Assembly (NCBI GenBank): GCA_028534125.1 | Contig: CM052816.1 | Location: 8,558,001 to 8,622,000 of the forward strand | Length of the DNA stretch: 64,000 bases | Reading direction: 5' to 3' | From: Lama glama | Lineage: Eukaryota | Part shown: positions 1-11,769 of the stretch, piece after piece | How the letters are laid out: each line of letters begins with the position of its first letter | Position numbering within the stretch: position 1 is the stretch's first letter | Position numbers and translations under genes: made by a program | The notes under the pieces: generated by a model | The model's database searches: none | What the model saw: the letters and a program-made list of their open reading frames with translations, nothing else | What the model was told of the DNA's origin: nothing

Positions 1-1916
1 GAAAGTGGGGCCCCTCAGAGGGTCAGTGCTTCATGAACTCATCTTCTGACCCATCCCCTCAGTCCTAAACCTACTGGCTCCCTCAGTCCTGTGTTCTTTA
101 ACCTCCACCAGCTCCCGGTCCAGCATTAACACTGCTCGTAGTTCCTCTGGGAGGAATGATCTTGCCCTAACAGCCAGACCATGCTGGCTCTCTCCGGGCT
201 GGCCCAGGAGGGCAGGGAACAGGGCCCCCACCCAGGCCTCCAAACTTCTGGACCACCATCTTGTCTACCTTGGACACCTTCTCTACTGCCAGTGTGGAGC
301 CTCTTCCACCGACAAGAAGTTGTATTTGATGGTTTGGGGCAAGTTATCCCTTTTAAATTATTCTCAGGAATGCCTAGACTGGCCAGGAGATCTGCCAGGG
401 TGGCAGGTACCTGGCACTGGGGTCACATTTCCCGCCTCCGTAACCATGGCTGATACCACTAACCGGTCATGGCTCTGCTTCCTGCTGAGCCCTGAGCCTT
501 CTCAGCACGGAGCCTTAGCAGCCACTGCTAACCCAAGAGATCCAGCCTGGTCTAGACCTGTGACCCTGTGCCTCCACTTGCCTTCTAGGAAGGAAGTAAA
601 GTAAGTACTCAGGAAGTCCCCGCAAAGCCATTTCATTATACAAGTGTTTTCTATTTTCTCCTCCCACCCACTTCCCTTCTTAATGGTGGCAGCCCCCTGA
701 TTTTTCTTGGGGAAGCCATCCCTCCCGTCCACCCAGACAGTGCAGGTAAGCACAGTCTGGCTAATTAAAGGGCCTCATCCTAGTGACCACAGCAACTGGT
801 TCAGGCGTGGATCAGAGTAAACACCAGGAATTTGCTGGTGCATTTGGACAAGGGTGCTCGGCTGGTTGATTAATTGTGGAGAGGCTGACAGCCATCTCTG
901 CCTCTCCTTGGGAAGTCTGCCTGACAATGAAGAGGCATGGGGAATGTAGGGCCAAGAAGCAGAGAGATGCAGTCCCCCAAAATAAGTTAAACACTTGGAT
1001 CCAGCTGTGTGAAGCCAGTCTATTCCCTGTACTCCACAGTAATGTGAGTGAATAAGTTCCCTTTCCAGATTACATACCAGTTGGAGTTTGTCACCTACCA
1101 ATGAAAAAGTTATGACTGATTCATCTCCATACATTAAAAAAAAAAAAGTCTAACCTTCCCATAGTCTTTCAAATTAGTACAAAACTCCTAAAGAGGCTTC
1201 CAGGAGAATAGTAGGAAAAGTAATTGATTTTAGTCCCCACAGAAATACTACAGCATTCTCTGAAATAAGATTAGGAGTCACAGACACAAAGTTAAGCTCT
1301 AGCAAGAATAAGTAGAAAATGCAGGGACTCTGAGCTCAGCCTGAAAGAACAAAACACCCTGAGCTTAGAGATAAATCTGACGATTGAAAGGATCTCTCCC
1401 CAAAACACTCAAGGCTAAGCACCTCAAAAGGTCATCTGAGGTGCCTTCCACACAGAAGCGTTGGCCCCAGGTCCGCTGAGCACAAACTCAGTGATGCTCG
1501 GCCCTTTGCAGTGGAGCCCCGAGCCCCAGTCAGGCAGCTGCCTGCTCAGCGCCTGGTGTAAGGTGATCCGTCTGACAGAAGGTCACCAGGTCTGGCGAGA
1601 GTGGGTCCTCCAGCCCAGAGAGCAAAATGGGTCCAGCACTCAGAACTGGGCTACAAGGCCAGGCCACACCCAGCCAACCAGGGAGGACGACCAGTTGCCA
1701 GTGACCATGGGACGGCAGCTCTGTGCAGTAGGTGGGACAAGAGGATGGAGGAAGTTGGGTTCCTGATACTGTGATGTGCCAGTCGGCCCTGGGACACCTG
1801 CCTCAGGATGTGAGGGAGGACTCGACTTGGAGCTTGTTGAATTTTTTGTCATTTTAGGTGGTTTTCTGTTACTTGCCAGCAAACCTCTTCCTAACCAGGC
1901 CCTTTCAGGTCTTTGG

Positions 1917-2614
1917 TACAACAGACGTTCCTCTAACCAGCCAGCAGGGTCAGCCAAAACTCTCCATCTCCTCCTGTAACAATGCCCATCGCTAAGGTCC
2001 AAGGCGCCCAGAGCCTCAGAGATGACCCTCCAGGTCATCCACACAGCTGCCTCCGCGGCTGTTACTATAATCACAAACTTTAATGAAATGGTTTATAAAC
2101 AAAAAACATGAAGCGCGAAAGAAAAGACTGCAATGGATACTAAGCAGAAGGCTGTGGAAGGATTAAAAAAAGTCAAGTTGCTTAAAAAAAAACACACAAA
2201 ACCAAAACCCTGCTGTCAAATTACATGTGGGTGAGCTAATGGTAAAAGAGAAGGAAGACGTCAGCAAGAACCTGAGGGATTCTGCACTTAGACTGCTTGA
2301 CGAGAGTCTAAATTCTTAATCCAATGGAATGAATCCCCCATCTGGAAATAGGAGCCCTGGCACTGGGGGTGTGGACCATGCAGGAGAGAGAGCTTGGGGT
2401 TTCAGTGCCGGCAGCACCAGCCATCTTACAGCAAAAGACTGGCAACAGGAACGTACATACCATGTGGCTTCATTAAAACACAGTGCTAGGTGTTATGTTT
2501 TATGATTCAGTGCTTTCACTAACTTTTCCCTAGGAACTCCTCTCCCCAGCCCTCCACACCCCCTCCACCCCCAGCTGTAATTCCCACCCTACATGAGATA
2601 AGGTGACTACTGTA
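1917..2614 (+). mobile_element. Tigger13a-like TcMar-Tigger DNA transposon, internally deleted, with a decayed transposase N-terminal remnant
   Basis: Ends are TA-CAACAGACGTTCCTCTAACC (1917) and GATAAGGTGACTACTG-TA (2614), degenerate TIRs with TA flanks. Broken frames at ~2108-2290 read MDTKQKAVEGLKKVKLLKK and AVKLHVGELMVKE, resembling the Tigger/CENP-B N-terminal helix-turn-helix. Confidence 0.75.
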
Positions 2615-3679
2615 CATGGATTGCAGCCTGCATAGCACAGGAAATAAATCTTTACAATGGACTACCAGAACACGGAACCAGGGGGTTAGACACTGTAAGA
2701 GCCTGTAAAAATACTTCTTGAGATGACGCTCTTATTCTGCAGATAAGGAAATTGAGGGAGAAAATCTCTCCTGCGGCAGGTGTCATCTTACTCAGTCATC
2801 ACCTTTCTTCTCTGTTACTTGCAAGCAGTTCCTTATCCAGCAGATATCTCTGAAGAACTTAGGGATTGTGCCCAAGAGAGGTTACCTGGGGTGGAGCAGC
2901 TCCTGGATGTCCTGGCAGGTGGCTGTGCAGAGCCCCAGACTCCCCTTTCCAGGCCCTGAGGTCTCAGAAGGCGCCACCAGTGACGCCCACCCCATCCCCA
3001 CTGCGGCTGCAGAGATCCTGGCACCTGTCAGGGGCCACCTTTCAGCCGGCACAGGCTGCCCCAGGCCTGGGGAGGTGATGCGTGTTTCGTTTTTTATTTT
3101 AAAACAGTAAAAAGTTGAAGTATATTCTGTGACGCCAGTGAGAAAGTGAGTGACGGAATTTCAGGGGCAGCGTCACACACACATTGTGTTTGCTTGTAAT
3201 TCCAGTCAATTTTAAGCACTTGAATTCAAGGGCCTCTTGAATTCAAAGGAGTGTGGTAGGAAAAATGCTTTGAAAACTGCGAAGCGCGCGCAGGAAGCGG
3301 GAACTTGTTGTTAAGACTGGTTGAGGCAGAGCTGGCCCTTGTGAGCTGACACTTGTGAGCTGCAGGGACTCCCCTAGCCTCTTTGCATCTCCAAAGACCA
3401 GCCTCCCTCAGGGAGACGTTGTTCGGCTTGAGTTTCCACCCTGGGGCCTCTGTGCTGGCAGCTCCCTCGGCCTGCAAATCCTCCTCTCTCTTCTGCGCAT
3501 GGCTGGTCCTTTCTTATCAGCCCATCCCAGATTAAATGTCCCTCTCACACAGGGCCTTCCAGACCCCTGTAACCTAAAGTGGCTGCCCCTCTCCCTCTTA
3601 CCCATCACTTGCTGCTAAGTCCCTCAATGAGCACTTTTCATTCTCTGACATCCCCTCCCCCATTTTCTGTGGTATTATT

Positions 3680-3935
3680 TTAAATTATAGTAAAATACAC
3701 ATAATAAGAAATCTCCCATTTTAACCACTTTTAACTGTGCATTTCTGTGGCATTAAGAATATTCACGTTGTAAATGTGACAATGAATATATATATGTTCG
3801 TGTATAACTGAAAAATTGTGCTCTACACTGGAATTTGACACATTGTAAAATGATTATAAATCAATAAAAAATGTTAAAAAAAAAGAATATTCACACTGTT
3901 GTGCAACCCTCACCAGCATCCTTCTCCAGAACTCT
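3680..3935 (-). mobile_element. Old L1M (L1MA/L1MB-type) 3' end fragment, split by a younger L1 tail
   Basis: 'ccattttaaccacttttaactgtgcatttctgtggcattaagaatattcac...actgttgtgcaaccctcacc' matches the reverse complement of the L1M 3' UTR end. Confidence 0.75.
3767..3882 (+). mobile_element. Young, heavily 5'-truncated L1 (3' tail plus poly-A) with target-site duplication
   Basis: 'aaatgtgacaatgaatatatatatgttcgtgtataactgaaaaattgtgctctacactggaatttgacacattgtaaaatgattataaatcaataaaaaatgttaaaa' is flanked by the exact direct repeat AAGAATATTCAC (3755-3766 and 3883-3894), at a TT/AAGA L1 endonuclease-type site. Confidence 0.85.
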
Positions 3936-4528
3936 TCCCCATTTTTCATTTATCTACTTGTATATTGTCCCCACCCCCTCCCAACTAGGAGTAAGGAGAG
4001 ACAATGTCTGGCTTGTTCCCTGCTGTTTCCCTAGCACAATGCCCAGCACATAGAAGGTGCTCAAGAAACAAAATGAGATCAAGGTGGAAGCACCCTGTAA
4101 ACTGTAAAGGGCAGTGCACAAGAGCAAGAGAATGCAACATGGACATTTTTTCTGTACAGTCCCAAGACAAGGCCGAATTGCTTGGAAGCCTCAGTTAGCA
4201 GATAACGATTTCAACTTCTGTCCAACTCTGTGCGGGCAAAAGTGCCGAGAGCGCCTTTTCTTCCCTGGTTCCAGGCCCCTTCGAGAGGTCAAGAATGAAG
4301 ATATACGATCACACAAACCACCTGACATTGACACTCACCATTTCAACACATCAGCTCTACCCAGAGCTGTATTTTATCAGGCGCTGAAGGGCAGGCACAA
4401 AAATAGACGGCAGGGATCAAATGCCACCCTTTGCAGTGGTTGAAAGGCCTTGGCATACGACAACTTGAAGCCTGGGGACACGGGATGGGGTCCTCTGTCA
4501 GTCATGCACAGACACTGGAAGGTGGAAT

Positions 4529-4912
4529 CAAGGCCGGGATGAGGCACTCGCCTTGGGCGCCAAAAACCTCAACAATCAAGACAGATCATATTTAATGCAA
4601 CAGTATGAAAATGATCAAAACGAATGCCAAAAAAATCCATGATGAGCAAAATGTCCAAATTCTACATAAAAAGAGGGTCAATGGTCCTGAATTGTCCCTT
4701 TGCTTCAGGTGCCTACTTGGCTCTGCACAACATTCTTCCTGCCTTTATTTAAAGATTTGGTATTATGTTCAAAATGTGTATTTTGGCATCGATTATTACA
4801 GTTTTAAATGTTGCATTAAGATACAAGTTATCTTGATTACTGGGTTTCTTGGCCTCTCCTTAAATTTTATTCTTAAGCCAAATGTCTCCTTTGTCTTACC
4901 CTAATTCCTGCC
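4529..4912. mobile_element. MER96B-like palindromic hAT-type MITE
   Basis: Starts 'ggccgggatgaggcactcgccttgggcgccaaaaacctcaacaatcaagac' and has long imperfect inverted arms (4574-4602 vs 4810-4838). Confidence 0.75.
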
Positions 4913-5541
4913 TGAGTGGAATGAGATGGTGAGTTACCGTATGTGCAGGTGACTAAAATGAGACCAGATCTCATCCCCAGATCCCTTCAATCTGGGGCCT
5001 CAGTTTCCACATCTCTACAATGGAGCCCACAACCCTCCTGTTGCTGTGGAACTGTCCCAGCCCTGTCCAGTGAGTATTTGGGTTGGGAAAGTGTTTGGGA
5101 AACTCAAAAGCGCTGTCTGTACATGAAGAACTGTCATTACAAAGGCACCAAATAGTCCAACAGAGGGGTGAGCGGCATTCAGTTTTGAGGTATGCTGCAA
5201 CACGCTTGCCTGATTTATAATCAAAGAAGTGAAGCTTGTTAAATGAACAGATTTTGCTTAAGAAGAGCGATTAGAGCAGATTCACGGTTCTCCCCGCAAG
5301 AAGGACATCCCCTCCTATTCCGACACCTACCCTGAGTGGGAAGGCAGGCAGAGGGCTACAGCTAGCCTTAGGAAGTGCCCATTCCACACAGCTGAAAGGC
5401 CTGACCCCTGGCTGCCTAATCACGCTGTGGGATCATAACCTAGCAGGCACAACTTGTGGGGTTCCCTCAAAATCCAAACGCGCCTGAGGGCAGGGGAGGA
5501 GGGACCGACTTGTGACAGTCATCCTCAGGTATAAGATGAAG

Positions 5542-6041
5542 NNNNNNNNNNNNNNNNNNNNNNNNNNNNNNNNNNNNNNNNNNNNNNNNNNNNNNNNNNN
5601 NNNNNNNNNNNNNNNNNNNNNNNNNNNNNNNNNNNNNNNNNNNNNNNNNNNNNNNNNNNNNNNNNNNNNNNNNNNNNNNNNNNNNNNNNNNNNNNNNNNN
5701 NNNNNNNNNNNNNNNNNNNNNNNNNNNNNNNNNNNNNNNNNNNNNNNNNNNNNNNNNNNNNNNNNNNNNNNNNNNNNNNNNNNNNNNNNNNNNNNNNNNN
5801 NNNNNNNNNNNNNNNNNNNNNNNNNNNNNNNNNNNNNNNNNNNNNNNNNNNNNNNNNNNNNNNNNNNNNNNNNNNNNNNNNNNNNNNNNNNNNNNNNNNN
5901 NNNNNNNNNNNNNNNNNNNNNNNNNNNNNNNNNNNNNNNNNNNNNNNNNNNNNNNNNNNNNNNNNNNNNNNNNNNNNNNNNNNNNNNNNNNNNNNNNNNN
6001 NNNNNNNNNNNNNNNNNNNNNNNNNNNNNNNNNNNNNNNNN
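5542..6041. other. Assembly gap, exactly 500 N
   Basis: N run counted directly. Confidence 0.99.
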
Positions 6042-6135
6042 AGCTGCACGAAGGCAGTGATCCTGGCTTGTCCTCTTCTGAATCCCAGCACCTGGAACAG
6101 CGTCTGGCACAGAGCAGGCGCTCACTAACTTTGTG
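6042..6135 (+). mobile_element. L2 3' terminus
   Basis: 'tcccagcacctggaacagcgtctggcacagagcaggcgctcactaa'. Confidence 0.65.
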
Positions 6136-6914
6136 GGATGGGTGGAGGTGGGGCGGCGAGTCGAGCTCTTGTTTCCCAAGGTCAGTTTAGGCATCTCTGC
6201 TTCACACTGTTGTGAGGCCTGCAAGGTCTCCCTCTCATGAACCCGCCTTTCCTGGGGGGGGGGTGAGGGGGTCGTCCTTCCACATCCGTCTATTCCCTTA
6301 AGGAAATAAATTTCACAGTGGTCAGATGATGAGAAATCCAGACCCATGGGCTCCCAGATAAAGCTGGTGGGAAACAGATTCTCTCCGGCCCCAGCAGGCT
6401 CTCCCTGGTCATGTGGTCAGCAAGGGTCCATTTTACTCATGTCCCCCATGCCCCAGGCACTGGCTTCTTCCAGCCATAGGTGAAGCTGCCTGCCTCACCA
6501 GGCACTTAAAGCGAATTTGTGTCAGACAAAGCATACATTTCCACCCGCTTCTTCTCAAGTAACAAGGAGGTGTCCCACGGGGTGGTATTGCCAAGGGCTG
6601 CCCAACCTGGGCTAGCGCCCTAACAGTGCAATAATTGGCACCTGAACTACAAAAGGGAAGCCATCTGACAATGTTTGCCTATCCCCCAAGCCTGACAGGA
6701 AACAGGCAGGAAGTGAAGAGCTCTCCAAGAGAGAACAGTGAGATCTTTTGCAGAGTGAAGTTCCCGCCATCCTTGTGGTGAGTCGGTGCCACCTGAACCC
6801 ACATCTCTAACCTCCTGTGTTTCTCCCACCCTGCTAGGATTGGGGGTCTTGGGGCTCATAAAAATCCTTTATTCTGTAAAACAGATATTCTCCCATTTGA
6901 TCTGCATAAGAGGG

Positions 6915-7035
6915 CAGAGGTTAAGCCATTTTTCCAATGGGGAAGCTGAGGTTCAGAGAGGGGAAGTAACTTGCCTAAAGTCACAGAGCAAGTTAAAGAG
7001 AGGAACAGGACTAGAACCCCAAGACCTCTGACTTA
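6915..7035 (-). mobile_element. MIR SINE
   Basis: MIR core, reverse orientation: 'ggggaagctgaggttcagagagggggaagtaacttgcctaaagtcacagagc'. Confidence 0.8.
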
Positions 7036-7408
7036 GTTGAAGGAAAACAGGGAGCACTAATTAGTTGAAGGAAGCTAAGGAGCACTGATGAGGAGCCACA
7101 ACCTTGAACTCTTGGCACCACTGGCATGAGATCTTGGATAAGTCCCTCTACTTCTCTGAGCCTCAGTTTCCCTAAATTCCAAAACTGGCCAGTCTGGGGT
7201 CCATGGTCAATCAAATGCAGCTTTGGGACACGCAGGGTCAGGCTGTGACATCCTGGGCATAGTAGGAAAGCCTCAAGTGCCCTACTGGTAATTCCTAACA
7301 AGGGGGAAAGATGGAGGTGGAGGTGGCGAGCACTGAGGGATATGTCACGTGATGCGTGTCTTTGATGGCGTCATGGGAGGGCCCGTGGGAGATGTGCTAG
7401 TCCCTCAC

Positions 7409-7570
7409 TCTGCTACTCAAGGTGTGGTCCACAGACCAGCAGCATGAGCCTGGCTTAGAGCTTGTTAAATTCTGCAGTCTCACACTGAATCCCAAGATCT
7501 TCTGAATCAGAATCTGTATTTTAATAAGATCCCTAGGTTATTCATATGCACATTAAGGTTTGGGAAGCAA
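7409..7570. mobile_element. MER5A-like hAT-Charlie MITE
   Basis: 'ctactcaaggtgtggtccacagaccagcagcat...ctgaatcagaatctgtattttaataagatccctaggttattcatatgcacattaaggtttgggaagca'. Confidence 0.85.
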
Positions 7571-8264
7571 AAAAATTTTAAACCAGAAGACCACTTGTAA
7601 CATGTAACCTTGGGTCCAGCACCTAAATCCTTCGAGCCCCCATCTGCAGAGCAGAGCTAACGATGTGTACACCTCACGGGACTGCTGCGAGCGTTACGTA
7701 AGACCACACAAGCCAACGGCCTAGCCGAGTGCCTGGCAGGTAACAGCTGCCCAAATTGCTAGTTTCTTTCCTTCCTGAAAGGCCCAAAGGCAGAAGGCCT
7801 CTGCGTCCATTTCAAGTCCTGCCTGCACATGTGGGAGGCGAGGGAAAGACCCCCATGGGGCAGCAACAGATGGGGACAGGGTGGGAGCAAAGGGAAAGGA
7901 AGAGAAGGGAGGAAATAAAGAGGCAAAATAAAAACAAGTGGCAGAGATCATCTGAATCCCCAGGAGGCAGGCGACATGTGAAACCCAGAGACCCAGCCGT
8001 TTCAGCTCACGTCAGAAGCCAGAGGGCTGGGAGGAATGGGGGAGCAAGGGCCACTGGGCTGTGTCCCCTTGTGTCACATGAGACAATGCTTTTCCAGCCC
8101 AGCTCTGAACTAGTTCTTACGGTCAGGGTGGACGTGCGCTGAGGGTCACTGGAGCAACCAGCACAGAAGGCAGGGGCTCAGGCTGAGCCTTGAGAAGGGT
8201 CAAATTTGACTGGAAGACACCCTTCTAGGGGACTGTCAACCTAGAGCAGCTGAACAGTTGGGGG

Positions 8265-8405
8265 CTGAGCTGTGTGCCTGTGGCTGAGTGAGTTAACCTC
8301 TCTGAGCCTCAGTAACATGGGGGATAATCATAGGCTTAGGGTTCTTATGAGGATTTAATGAGAAGGGCTTGCATTGTGTCTGGTGCAAAGTAAGTGCTCA
8401 AAAGA
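8265..8405 (+). mobile_element. MIR SINE
   Basis: 'ttaacctctctgagcctcagt...atgaggatttaatgag...taagtgctcaa'. Confidence 0.8.
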
Positions 8406-8589
8406 TAATGGCTGTTCCTGAGATTATTACACAGGAGACCTGAAGCACTTGCTGGAAGAGATGAAGGCCTCTGGGCTTCCAGATCCTCCTCTATGCCCAA
8501 TCACTGCGTTAACACTTCAAGTTCTGAATGACCCAGTCCACACCACCAGCAACTCACATCTTTCTGGCAGCCATGGCGTCCTGCTTCTA

Positions 8590-9172
8590 CTCCACTCCCT
8601 CTAGGATGCTGGATACCCAGCAGCCACAGTGAAATTCTTGAGATGCAGATCTGACCCTAGTGGACCCTGTTTAAGACCCTGCTTGCCCTCGATTCCTGTG
8701 GGGCAAAGAGCAGAACCCTTCCCGAGGCCTGTAAGGTTCTGTGTGATCTGGCTTCTGCCTACCTGTCCAGTATCGTTTCACAGTATTAACCTACCTCCTA
8801 CCCAACTTTTGACCTCACTGGTCTCTCCACCCTTGGCTCTTGCCAGGATCTCTCCCCACACAGGACCTTTGCACATGCTGTTCCCTCTGCCTGGAACATC
8901 ATCCTGAACATAGATGCTCCACCTGGTTATCTTGTATATATCCTTTACTCTTCACCTCCTCGAGGGAGCTTTCCTTGACCCATGCAGACCACACGAGGAG
9001 CCCTGTTGTACCCCCTCACAGCCTTCTACAGGTCCTGAGCCTTCAAAGCTTATCACAGTTGGTAATTAAACATTTACTTGCATGGGCATTTTATTAGTGC
9101 TCACCACTGTGTCCCTAGAACTCAGCACATAGTAAGTGCTTAATAAAAGTAACAATTGGACAGTAAATGAAT
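8590..9172 (+). mobile_element. L2 LINE 3' fragment
   Basis: 'caggacctttgcacatgctgttccctctgcctggaac' and the terminal 'agcacatagtaagtgcttaataaa'. Confidence 0.8.
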
Positions 9173-9255
9173 AAACCCCATTCCCTGGTAACCATCTCAC
9201 CTCCTCATCCAAGGAAGTCTCACTTTCCCTCTCACCTTATCCCCCAGGCTTTAAC

Positions 9256-9259
<4 letters not shown>

Positions 9260-9294
<35 letters not shown>
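9260..9294. repeat. (AC)n microsatellite, ~17 units
   Basis: Read directly from the sequence. Confidence 0.98.
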
Positions 9295-9295
<1 letters not shown>

Positions 9296-9769
9296 CAAAC
9301 CCCAGGGCTGCCTGACCCTCAACCTCCATCGGTGACCTGCAGGCCCGGCGCCAGAGATCCAAACGTTTCTAGATCAGATTTTCTTGAAAGCAGCTTTGGG
9401 CAACAGCCAGGGGAGGCGCGCGCCGCCGGCCTCGGCAGTAAACGCTGATGAAGCTGTCTGGACCAGCTGAGCTGAGATCAGGAAATGCCAAGATTTAAAA
9501 GCATCCGGAACCCATTTATTTATTGTTGTTCTTGCACTTCCAGGCTATTTTAAGGCTTCAGATCGATTAAGATTCAGAGCTCCAGAGGCTGGTCCTCCTC
9601 TCTCCAAATATCACTCCAGAAACATCGCATGTGCACCTGGCCCTACCTGTCAAGGCTCAGCTGCCCCCTGTCCTGGCTGACACACAGCAGTGATGGCAGC
9701 AAAAACAGGCAGCTGCTCTTGTTTCTTGGGTACCTCTCTCCCAGCAAGTCCCCAAACAGTCCCAAAGGG

Positions 9770-9930
9770 AGGTGTTATTAATGCCACTGGAAAGGTGGGG
9801 AAACTGAAACTCAGACAAGTGAAGAAACTGGCCCAGGGTCACACAGCTAGAAAGTGCTGGAACTGGGATTTGACTTCAGATCTTCTGAATTCAAAAGTCA
9901 GGCAGGGCTCTTAACCCTGCAGCAACACTG
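9770..9930 (-). mobile_element. MIR SINE
   Basis: 'ggggaaactgaaactcagacaagtgaagaaactggcccagggtcacacagctagaaagtg'. Confidence 0.8.
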
Positions 9931-11149
9931 CTTCCCTCACGCCCCTGCCAGAGCTCTTCATACGTACTGTGGGGTTTCTCATCTTGCCCACGCCCTTCCA
10001 GACACCTGCAAGGACCATCAGGGTTCTCACGCTGTGAGTCAGAGCCACCCGCCCCCATGGGCCCTACTGTGGGAAGGTCACCAAGCTGGGCTATAAGAAA
10101 AAGGGAGTCAGCGTTACATGATCCTGTTTGTATTTTTTTAAATGATGATGGATGGATGGAAAGATAGACAGATGGTTCATATATTCATAAATTATTGCTA
10201 GAAAGACACAAAAGAAAGTATCAAGAGTTTGGGGGAATTTGAGGGGAACAAGAATAAGGAGGTGATTGGGGATAAGAGATATCAGAATATTTACTTTCTA
10301 TTTTATGTCCTTTTTACTCTTTGAAGGTTTTTATTTTTATATAATCATATACGTGCTTCAACTCCTCCTTCAAGGGCCAATTCATATGCTGCCTCCTCCA
10401 TGGAGCCTGACCTGATTGCCCCCATTCGTCCCTCCTCTCTCCATCCCTACCACATTCTGCCTGCATCTCTCTGGGCACTTAGGCCACTGAGCCTGCATCC
10501 TGCATCCTCAGTGTGCACATACACATGGGCGCCCCTAGCCAGATAGGAACCCCAGGGCCTCGGTCAGTGTCTTGGTCCTCTGGGGTCTCCCCCAACACTG
10601 AGCCTGAGCCTCTGCTGAGGTAGGGGCACGGAGAGGCCTGGTAAATGAGTGACTGTTTTGCTTTGTATCTTGGTCCATGGCCTCCTGAAGCCAGGGAAGT
10701 TGGAAACTCTAAAATGGAGCTTGGGGCTGGGGAGGAGAAGAGGAAAGCAGAGAATCAGAGGGTAAATTCAGCTCCTGGAAACCTGCCCAGCACTCTTCCC
10801 TGGGAAGTGACTTAAGCACCGCTTATGCCAGCAGACAGTCCATTTGGGCCTTGAGGTCACCAAACCTCATCATGAGTCCTGCTTATTAAATATAGAGGTG
10901 CATGAAATAAACCCACCAGTCTGGTGCCGAGGCTCTGAGGAAGGGACAGAGGCAGGGAATCTGCCCCCCATTCCCTACCCCTGACTGATCACCTAGGAAG
11001 CTCTGCGCTGTGGCTGACGCTGGACGCCGAGGTCAGATTTGGCTCTTGGCCTTGGTGATGGTCCCGCCTCACCTCCCAGGCAGCAAGGGCGTCCCCACCC
11101 TCTCACACCCATCCCTGCCTGAGGACCTTGGAGAACTTGGTAACCTTTG

Positions 11150-11350
11150 ATCCATGATAATCACAACCTGGCTGAGCTTCTCTTGACAGTCATTTCATTG
11201 ATACTGTCCAACAAAATAGACAGGCAGACACTCTCCAGTCCATTTTAAAGGTGAGGAAACTGAGTCCCGAGGATGGTAAATAATGTGCCTGAGATCACAC
11301 TACCAAGTTAAGTGATGCTGGAACAGGGCCAAGGTTGCATCGGGGGAAGA
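11150..11350 (-). mobile_element. MIR SINE
   Basis: 'ccattttaaaggtgaggaaactgagtccc...gatcacactaccaagt'. Confidence 0.75.
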
Positions 11351-11769
11351 GCCAGAACTACAAGTGCATCGGCTGGAGCTCTGGGACCAGAGCCACCTGG
11401 CAGCCAGAGGCCTCAGTTTTCTCATTTGCTCAGGGGCTGCCTGCCTACAAGGCAGCACGAGAATCAGCCGAGCTGAGGTGTGCTTCTCCATCTAGGGGTG
11501 CAGGGATGGCTGGGAAATACACAAAGGCACAGGCCAGGCGTGGTGCCTCTTCTCAGAGTTATGTTTCCCCTCCAAGATCTGGCATAACAGAAAGTTAAAT
11601 CACTTCATTGGTAAGGGAGACTTCCTCTATTGTAAAAAAAAAAATGAGGGCATGGCTAGGGACTAGAAGGTAAAAGCTCTATTAATATTCTTTGGATAAA
11701 ATAAGAATGGCTTCTGTGCTGTGGATTCTGTTTAAATCGGTTGTGGGTTTACTACTTGGGAGGCGGCAA

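Larger units (their letters stand above)
3430..4075 (+). mobile_element. L2 LINE 3' fragment, interrupted by L1 pieces at ~3680-3935
   Basis: L2-type motifs 'aaatgtccctctcacacagggccttccagacc' and the terminal 'ccctagcacaatgcccagcacatagaaggtgctcaa'. Confidence 0.7.

Noticed and set aside
5433..6347. Long ORFs spanning the N gaps (also 26209-26953 and 41978-42754)
   Set aside because: Their length comes from N codons that cannot contain stops.
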